Origin: Eledone cirrhosa
Taxonomy: Eukaryota
Reading direction: 5' to 3'
Assembly (NCBI GenBank): GCA_964016885.1
Contig: OZ024742.1
Location: 48,484,001-48,548,000 of the forward strand
Length of the DNA: 64,000 nucleotides
Under the pieces are notes generated by a model. It was given only the letters and a program-made list of their open reading frames with translations, ran no database searches and was not told where the DNA came from. Position 1 is the stretch's first letter. Every line of letters starts with the position of its first letter. Shown here piece by piece: positions 54,928 through 64,000 of the stretch. A program made the position numbers and the translations under genes.

Positions 54928-55419
54928 AAATGAATAGAAGGAGTTAAAACCGTTAAAACATGTTTATATAACAGTGCACCTACGTACGTTTCGCCCGGAA
55001 TGGGATTATCAAGGGCATGGAAAACAAACAAAATGATCGTTATGCGACCCAGGGGGGGTTTTACGGTTAAATTCACATCAGAGTTCATTCTTCGCCTACG
55101 TGTATGTGCTGTTATTATCGCAGAGCAGGGGGAGAAATTCTGGCCGGTGTTCAAAGAATCTAGTCCCACTTGGTTTTTTATACCCATTCATATGATGGTG
55201 TTTGCATTTTTATATTTTGGGTGCTGTTTCACTAATGTAAGTTCAAGTCGGGTCTGGGATGCACATTTATTATTTAGTGGGTGCTGCTTCACTAGTGCTT
55301 GTTAGAGCAGGGTCTGGGATGTACATTTGGTTCACAGATGTTTGTTTATAACACCTGCCCACCGGGGTGTTATGGTTAGTGCAGGGGGACCCAGTTTATA
55401 GTTTTCATGCCGCAATAAA

Positions 55420-57190
55420 GGAAATTAAACACACTTCAGCAGTAGGCCCCGATAGGTTCCCTGCTTTTATCCTGAAGGTGTACCAGCACTAAATATCATG
55501 TCCTCTTGCTAATATGTGGAGGAACTGACTGGATGCTGGCTATATTCTTGAAAACTTTCTTTTCCAGTCTGTTGTCGCAGTTTTCAAAAAAGGGGAAAAA
55601 AGTCCCTTAATGTGAACTATCATCCGATCTCACTCACCTCTCATATCCTCAACGTATTTGAGATTGTAGTGAGATCACAAATAACCCACTTTCTTGAAAT
55701 TAACAAACTGCTGAACTCCACCCAACAGGGTTCCGTAATTGAAGGGCCTGCCTAACGCATCATCTGCATCACTTTGATGACATTTTAAGAGCACTGGGAG
55801 AGGGCTCCAAAACTGATGTCACCTACCTTGATTTCAACAATGCTTTTGACATAGTTGATCACAACATTCTACTAGAAAAATATCCAAAATTGATGTCTCT
55901 GGAAAGTTAATGCAATGGATCAAGTGTTTCCTAACAGACAGAGCCCAACATGCTGTATTCGAATGAGTAAACTCAAATCCAGCCAAAGTCTGTAGTGGCA
56001 TTCCACAAGGCACTGCGTTGGGCCCACTTCTTTTCATTATTTATGTGGATTGGCAGTATCGGTAGAGGGTCGGACGCCATGCTTTCCAACATAGTTACGT
56101 CCCTTTACGATCTGAGTTCAAATCCCGCCGAGGTTGACTTTGCCTTTCATTTTTACGAGGCCGAAAAATAAAGTACCAGTAATGCACTAGTTAATTGCTG
56201 GCCTTGTGCCTAAAGTAGAAATAATTATTTTTGTAAATAACCTTACTGACATAATCAAGTAGAGCAACATAAGAAACTTTACAGATGAATCCAAACTCCA
56301 GAATGTCATCAACGGAGTGGGTGACCAGATATGCCTTCAATGAGATCTACTGGCTGTTATCTAATGGGCAGAAGATAACAATATGCTGCTGAACAAAAAT
56401 AAATTTGGTTTAATCAACTTTGGAAAGGAGGTTGCAATGAAAGTCCCATATTCCCTTTCTTCACCTAAAACTCCCGTGGAATCCGACAACATCAAGGAAT
56501 AATTGTCAATTACAACATATGCTGGGCCCATAATATAAACAGCAAATTCGACATAGCTCGTAGAATGTGTTCCTGAGTTCCCAGAACTTTCTATTTGAGA
56601 GATGTCCACACCGTTATCCTTCTCTTCTCTACTTTGCCTGATCGCATCTTGAATACTGTTGTTCACGTTCCTACCCCACATGAAACGAAACAAAGTATCA
56701 TGAACATTGAGGCACTTCAAAGGTTAATCACACAAAAAATAGATGGCATGACAGGGCTTGACTTCAGGGTCGAGTATTCACTCCAACGCGGCCTTGAGTG
56801 TTACATTATCTGCATGATGTGGAAAATATTCCATCAGTATTTTCCAAATGATGTTGGTATCACCTTTAAATACTCCTAAGACTAGGACCCCATGCTATCC
56901 ACCCACAACAAAAATAAAAATCAAATCTCATAACAACATTATGGCGTAGCTATTCAACATCAAATTGTCCTGCACCATTAACATTACACCAAAATACATT
57001 AAAACAGAAACAGACCCCATGGGACAAATACCTTCAAGAAATCTCGCATAAACCTCCTACACCGTGATATGTCTCCGTTAACAATAACTCTCTACTTGAG
57101 TGGGCGATTGTGTCCAAATACTGATTTGAACGACTTCGCCAGGTGGTGCTGTTAAGATAGACATGGCCTGGGCCAATACTGGCCGAAACC
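55420..57190 (+). mobile_element. Decayed CR1/L2-group LINE (RT to 3' end) interrupted by a SINE
   Basis: AVGPD, NYHPISLTS, QQGF, YLDFNNAFDIVDH, SGIPQGTALGPLLFIIY | SINE | NNL...FTDESKL. Confidence 0.8.
56046..56226 (+). mobile_element. tRNA-like SINE inserted in the LINE RT
   Basis: A-box TGGCAGTATCGG, B-box GAGTTCAAATCCCG; imperfect TSD ATTATTTATGT / ATTATTTTTGT. Confidence 0.85.
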
Positions 57191-57203
57191 TATATATATA
57201 TAT

Positions 57204-57672
57204 ACAAATAAAATACAGAGTTACTAACTCATATTGATACCCTGCAATTAACAAGCTCAAAGTATAAATACTGAGCATTATATAATAATATATGTAGAAA
57301 TAAACACAGTAACTTGTGTGTCTAAAATTACGAGGGTAGATATACCACATTGGTTTGAAAGATTTAACCAGAAGCATACGTAAGATGTATAATAAATATA
57401 TACAGACCGTATCAATAACTATTTCATCTCTCGGGCAGATTTTTCCATTTGATCTTATCTCTCGCTGGGGAAAGCCTACGGATTATCTGTTACAAACACA
57501 ATTTTCAGGGCGAAACAAATTAAATCTCTAATCTGTCCGAGAGATAAAATAGGTATTGATACGGTCTGTATATATTTATTATCCATCTTACGTATGCTTC
57601 AGGTTAAATCTTTCAAACCAATGTGGTATTTCTACCCTCGTAATTTTAGACACACAATTTACTGTGTTTATT

Positions 57673-57678
<6 letters not shown>
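57204..57678 (-). mobile_element. Fold-back element in reverse orientation (~149-bp arms plus tail)
   Basis: 57293-57441 is inverted at 57530-57678; tail 57204-57292 abuts (TA)n and the other end abuts (CA)n. Confidence 0.75.
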
Positions 57679-57725
<47 letters not shown>

Positions 57726-57748
57726 ACACACATACACACACACATACG

Positions 57749-57818
<70 letters not shown>

Positions 57819-57965
57819 TAATTGGGGAGGGTCATATTGTTGTAATAATATTGCCAGAATTAATAACAGAACACACTCACTGTTTGGTTAGTATAACAAT
57901 ATTTGTTTCGACACACGATTTCAAATCAAAAACCTCGCAAAACAAATATATATATATATATATAT

Positions 57966-58897
57966 ATACAAATGAATATATGATAGGGATAAACACTGAT
58001 ACAAGTATACATGTGTTTGCATTGCAAATGACCAAGTTAGCTAGATTGAAAAATACTAATTAAAATAATACGGTTTGCCTGTCTCGATTTAAAATAATAA
58101 ATCAATAAAAACAAACCTATATTGGCAATAGCCATGATACCTGGACAAATTTTGTATCACGGCTATTGCCAATATAGGTTTGTTTTTATTGATTTATTAT
58201 TTTAAATCGAGACAGGCAAACCGTATTATTTTAATTAGTATTTTTCAATCTAGCTAACTTGGTCACTTGCAATGCAAACACATGTATACTTGTATCAGTG
58301 TTTATCCCTATCATATATTCATTTGTATTACACGGCTCAGAAATATTCCTTTCTTTGAGCTATTTAATTGTAAAAGACTATTTGAGTTTATAACTCTATA
58401 TATAATATTCTAGGCTCCATGCGTTGAGCTAAATTTTAGTCCCATAAAACCGGTAGCTATTTTTAGCGACACGAGTATAGGACGTGCTAGATGCTGCGAC
58501 ACATGTGCGTTCAACAACACATTTCTCTCAGTCTTCTTAACTATTTTGAAGTGAAACTTACCAATTTCTGGATACCTGCAGAAGAGCACAGGAATAGGAA
58601 ATTTCACTTAATTGTTGCGAAACAAATTTAAAATTTAAAATATAAAATGTGTCCAGGTATCACCGCTATTGCCAATATTGATTTGTTTTTATTGGTTTAC
58701 TATTTTAAATCGAGAAGGCAAACCGTATTATTTTAATTAGTATTTTTCAATCTAGCTAACTTGGTCATTTGCAATGCAAACACATGTATACTTGTACCAG
58801 TATTTATCTCCCTATCATATATTCATTTGTATTACACGGCTCAGAAATATTATTTTCTTTGAGCTATTTAATTTTACAAGACTATTTGAGTTTATTA

Positions 58898-58900
<3 letters not shown>
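57966..58900 (+). mobile_element. Fold-back plus tandem element (one inverted and two direct copies of a ~250-bp unit)
   Basis: 57966-58140 is inverted at 58154-58328, tail to 58397; direct repeat at 58650-58900; (TA)n and (CT)n flanks. Confidence 0.85.
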
Positions 58901-58943
<43 letters not shown>

Positions 58944-58947
<4 letters not shown>

Positions 58948-59142
58948 TTAAAATAGATGAGATTCTACAGGACTAGAACTGTTTCATTCTTTAGAAATCA
59001 TCAGGAATCTGATTCCTGATGATTTCTAAAGAATGAAACAGTTCTAGTCCTGTAGAATCTCATCTATTTTAAAACTTTTATACTCTGCTATGTATTGAGT
59101 ACCTTACTTACTGTGGTTACCTCCGATTCAACCCGGAATAAC

Positions 59143-59143
<1 letters not shown>
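58944..59143 (+). mobile_element. Perfect 133-bp palindrome (66-bp arms, 1-nt spacer) plus tail, with hammerhead core, within (TA)n
   Basis: 58944-59009 / 59011-59076; CTGATGA at 59016, GAAAC at 59035, GTC at 59047. Confidence 0.85.
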
Positions 59144-59180
<37 letters not shown>

Positions 59181-59699
59181 AAATGGAAAAAATGAAACGA
59201 AATTTCATTTCCCACCGTAGAGCAAAGATATATAATATATGTATGTAATATATGTATACAGACGTACAGTAGTATGTATATATATATAGATACATGCACA
59301 CACATATATATGTACGAATGGATTCACCAAACATTTATTATAATGCTCGGTGTGTTTGTAAACAAACATCCCGTATTAAGCCGTAGTGTCTTGCAACCAC
59401 CGTTGCTCGTTTGCTCAACACTGACAAAGGAACGCTGTACTAGTTTCAAGCTTGTTAGCTATCGTCAGCAACGTATACCTTCCTGTCAGATTGTTGAACG
59501 TCCTAAAGTATATACTTTCCTTATGCATATTAACGGCTGAAATGTTTCATTTGTATGTAATAATCAGGAATATCAGCTCAGTGTGTCAGTTCTCGTAATT
59601 TATAGATGTCTGAGTTGGTAGAATGTGGTGGATGGATGGGAAGGTGGGAAGGAGAAAGACCGCTTCATTAATGAAGAGTGGCATAAGGGGGAAGGGCTT

Positions 59700-59828
59700 G
59701 AAGAAGAAGAAGAAGAAGAAGAAGAAGAAGAAGAAGAAGAAGAAGAAGAAGAAGAAGAAGAAGAAGAAGAAGAAGAAGAAGAAGAAGAAGAAGAAGAAGA
59801 AGAAGAAGAAGAAGAAGAAGAAGAAGAA
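59700..59828. repeat. (GAA)43 microsatellite
   Basis: Read directly; source of the poly-K/E/F ORFs. Confidence 0.95.
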
Positions 59829-62800
59829 TGTTAGATGTATATGTGTGGGTGGAGGAATAACCGGGTTTATTTTAGTAGGCAGTAAGAGGGACGGGGCCAT
59901 TCAAAACAGAATCGTTGTTATATCATAACTAATTCTCCGAATTTAGATACATGGGCACACAATTATTCGAATTGGACACAAAATGTTTCAGAAAAGAATC
60001 GCTGGATAGATTGTACGGCCAAACCCAACCAATAGGAGACCTGCATGTAGGCCCGAGCAAGATGGTTGGATAACATCCATGAGTTTGTTTGATCTCTCTT
60101 ATGGAACCAGCTGGTCACAGGACTCGCTGGAAAAAGTGTTTGAGAACTCTGCCCCAGTGACCCTCTCAGGATTAATTGGGGGAAGACAAATATGAACTTT
60201 CTATTGAATATCCTGAAATAGATAATTATAACATTAATATATTTTTGATTGCTACAACTGCCTTATTTTTATCTAGATAACATGCTATGCTGTAGCGTTT
60301 ATTGCTTTCCGAAAGGTGTTAATTAACAATCGAACGAGGAAAAGGCGGAGACATTGATATTTATTCTAGGAGCTTTTAGTAGAAAAGTTCATGAGAACAG
60401 GACACATTATAATTAAATGGAAACAACTACAACGGTAGGTGGTGTATTTTAAACACATTCAGTCCATTCAAAGACATCACCCAACATATTACAGTTACCA
60501 TTAAAGCCAGTGATAGAAATATGGACAATTTAAGAACTAGACTCAACCCGAAAATATAGATTAGCACTTAGCACACAGTATTTGACATAAAAAACACACC
60601 CAGAGGCACAAAAACTAAACATCTCATACAAATAATAAAATTGATTTCGCGTAATACTATATTGGTAATTGACGTCATTCACGTGGAAAGTGAAGTAACC
60701 ATCGGAAAACGCTTAAAAATGAATTAGGAATAATGTTAATTAAAATCAAAATTTGTTTTTAATCCCAGAGAGACGAAATTAGAACTTTTCCACGGAGGGT
60801 TCCTTAAACCCTGATGAAGGGACTTTTAGTTACCGACATATTGGACAGATAAAAGAACCACAACAACAACAATGCAAAACAAAGATTACCAGGTGACTTT
60901 TACTTTTCGTTACTCCATGCTTATAGTCCATTTTACATTGTTTAACCTTCTATCATGTTCATGTATTATAATAATAATCATTATGTGTAGCAAGTGAATA
61001 TAAACGAACACTCCTATAAGTATATATCTATATACATACAGATACATAATGTGACAAAGGGAAAAATAAGGAAAGTAAAATGAAGACCATATTTTCTCCG
61101 TTAGTGTTCTTATTTATCTGAAACACACCTAAGATGAGATGCAACACAATCGGGACCATTCCGCTTCTTATTAAAAACATTTTTTCTGGTGCTAATATGT
61201 TTTGAACTACATTAATCAATATGTTAATGTTGTCATCTGCAGAAAATATGCTTCGTATTTCTAGCACATATATTGGCCACATAGAGGCTCACCCAGAATA
61301 TATATGTTTCAAGAATCTTGCAACATATTGTATTTACATTTATGTATTTTTTTATATGAAATGAATATTGCATCTGTCAAACGCATGAAGAAATTATTAT
61401 ATGGTGTTATTTTTCCTCACTCTGTTTCGTCTCAACTCTCCTTACTCCACCCAATGACACGAAGAAAGATATTACACTATAAAAGAAACTAAAATAAATA
61501 TACTCCAGTGATCTTATTAGTTTTACCACACACACTAGCATTGCCACATTCTTTCCATAACATAACGTCGCCTTTATTTCATTCATATTAATATTTTCAT
61601 TACCATTTCTATACATGTTACGCTAGATTGCACTCCACGCACATGTAAATCTGACAAAAACAACAAGGTCATAATCAAAAGCACCAACAACTGCCGCAAT
61701 AATAATTTGTGTCTAATATATTTAGTTCAAATAAATCCAAACTTTATATAACAGTAACTAAGACCCCCAACCAAACAAATTTATGTAGCCTTTTTACATA
61801 ATTATTTGGTTCACATTTGTTCTATTTGTTATTTTCCTGCCTCTCTTTCACTCACTTTCCCGTGTGTGTGTGTGTATATGTGTGTGAGAGAGAAAAAGGG
61901 AGAACAAGAGAGAGTTTATGTATATACTGTACTGGTAATTATGGAAGCCTCTTTGGCGCCATTGCTAAATCTCCCAGAAAATGAAGCTCAATATTTACAA
62001 TGCTTCGGTCCATATCGTTCTCTACTATAAAGAAGAAACGTAGCCCTCAGAAATAGGGTGGCAAAGAGTATCGCCATCTTCGAAAGCAGAGGCCTGAGGA
62101 CTATGAAAATCATCAGCTGGGACCAACACGTTTCCAACAAAGTGTTGTGTGCGAGAACACATTAACCAAAGTATATTTTATGACCATTACCCTCTTTTAA
62201 GATTCAAAGCTGAAACAACCCACACCAAAATGAAAATAGACCCTGTTTTCCTCTATTCAATTACATAGTTTAATATTAATATTATACGCATTTCATTTAC
62301 TGTAATTGGTGTGATTATCTTCTGCAAATCTGAGATTGTTGGTATTCTCTCTTTTAACATATCCCATCAATTCACTTCGCTGTTTTTATTGCTTTCAAAA
62401 ATTATGTTTCTAATATTTGTAATTCATCTGTATATACACAAATATTGAATTTGTAATATGATTTGATTCGATTTGTATAAACGTTTGTACATATTTTCTG
62501 TATATTATTTCAATAGTTAACTTTCATAAAAAAATGTTATCGTTGTATTCAACAGCTGCACTTGCTTTATTAATTTTAGATTATAAAAATCTGATTCAAT
62601 TTCATGATATTTTGGGAATAGACACCTTTATATTTTTTCTTGATTTTCTTTAATGATCAACGTTTAAATGCTTCAGTCTGTGTTTCCAGTTTCTTTGGAA
62701 ATTCTATAGATTTTATCTCCTTTCGTTTGCAATTGAAATTGATTTTTGTTATATCCAATTAGATTTTTCATTGTTTCTAAGGCTTTTTACGGATTTGTTT

Positions 62801-64000
62801 TTTGCATTTTCCTCTTGCATAATTTGTTTTCTTGAATTCCAAATAATTTGAAGCTCATCAGTGAAAAGTTATTAACTAAAATCAATGCAGAATTTTCAAT
62901 GAATTAGTATTTTGCTTACGTCTTTGGTTTCTTTTAACATTTTAATAGCAAATTTAATCTTACTAAGTTCAGCATAAAGACAAATTTCCGGTATATATGG
63001 AATGATGTATGATACCTGAGCCATAGGTAGTCCTTTTTACATTGAACCTACAATCTATAAAATTAGGTTTTGATTAGATAAAATATAAATTGCGTGATAT
63101 GCATTTTAAAGTCGTTTTTCATTACTAGATCTTTTTAATTTCGTATTCTATAGTAAAGGTACGAGATGTGTCCTCTTAAAATGTATGTGTACCGATAGCT
63201 ACATAAAAACATACACACAAGTGCGTGTGTGCACACGCACGTATACATGCACATATATGCTATATGAAAGGTGTTACAATCAGTTGATTCCACAAATTTC
63301 CCTTCACTTATATGATGTTTGCAACAAAAAAAATGAAAGTAAAGATAAGGGAGAAGGAGAGGGACCGAGAGATAATGCACTAGGCTCTAAGCTGTTTTTT
63401 CAGAAGCCCACACGGATACAATAGTGAAGGAATAACCGTAGAGAACGTATATCTTTTCATCAGATAATTATAAAATAAAGTGAATGATTGAATAGGTATT
63501 TAGCTCAAAAAATTATTTTATATCTGCATTAAACGAATAGGCAAATGACAGCCACATAATACAAATATAAAATAAACCATAGTATTCGGTTAAACCTACC
63601 ACATCTATTGTACACATTGTTGCATTACAAAACAACTGTATTTAATATCCCGATGAGCTCAGCTTGAAGTTATATTACCGACGGTCTTTTAACCAGAAGA
63701 ATAACAACATTTTTTCCTAACATTTTTCATCCAGAATTTCGTTATTCTACACACTCTTGTTTTCTTTTGTAAATTCACAGATTAACATATACAGATAAGA
63801 CTCCTATTTCTAGAATATCTGATGAGCACATAGAGATGCATTTAAACGTGTTGTCGATGCTGATTGTGATGTCAATATGGTTGTAGTTGCTAAAGTCTTG
63901 AAAGGGAAGGAAAGAGCTGGGTTTGAGTCATCATTGAGAGAGCAGGAAAGAGAGGCTGTCATATATATACGAGAGGTGCTGAACATTTCCGGGCTTGTTC

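Noticed and set aside
59586-59928. Poly-K, poly-E and poly-F ORFs
   Set aside because: Reading frames of the (GAA)43 tract.
60811-60845. CTGATGA hammerhead-like starts here and at 63819
   Set aside because: No properly placed GAAA or stem I/III.
62300-62960. A-rich minus-strand stretch that looks coding
   Set aside because: Frequent stop codons and no recognisable motif.
63811-64000. Short open minus-strand frame at the window end (possible host exon)
   Set aside because: About 60 codons with no recognisable domain or splice evidence.

Overview
This is AT-rich, microsatellite-dense animal genomic DNA, tentatively cephalopod/Octopus-like (inferred only from SINE and microsatellite style). 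I found no supportable host gene; almost everything is transposon-derived. Non-LTR content is three Tx1/L1-type LINE copies (two ending in (TTA)n), an R4/Dong-type element, CRE-, RTE- and CR1/L2-type fragments and several tRNA-like SINEs. DNA-type content is mariner/Tc1 remnants and non-autonomous Helitrons. The dominant structure is a ~10.8 kb near-perfect palindrome (26738-37513). It consists of two head-to-head, identically 5'-truncated Penelope-like elements, each with an RT C-terminal half, CxCx5C linker, GIY-YIG domain and a ~3.85 kb microsatellite-filled 3' region ending in a hammerhead-like ribozyme. Its 33-bp apex is built from three 13-bp tandem units. At least six smaller non-coding elements repeat the same layout (microsatellite | inverted copy | forward copy, often with a hammerhead | short tail | microsatellite). 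Together these suggest a Penelope-driven, microsatellite-targeted fold-back retro-mobilisation system.
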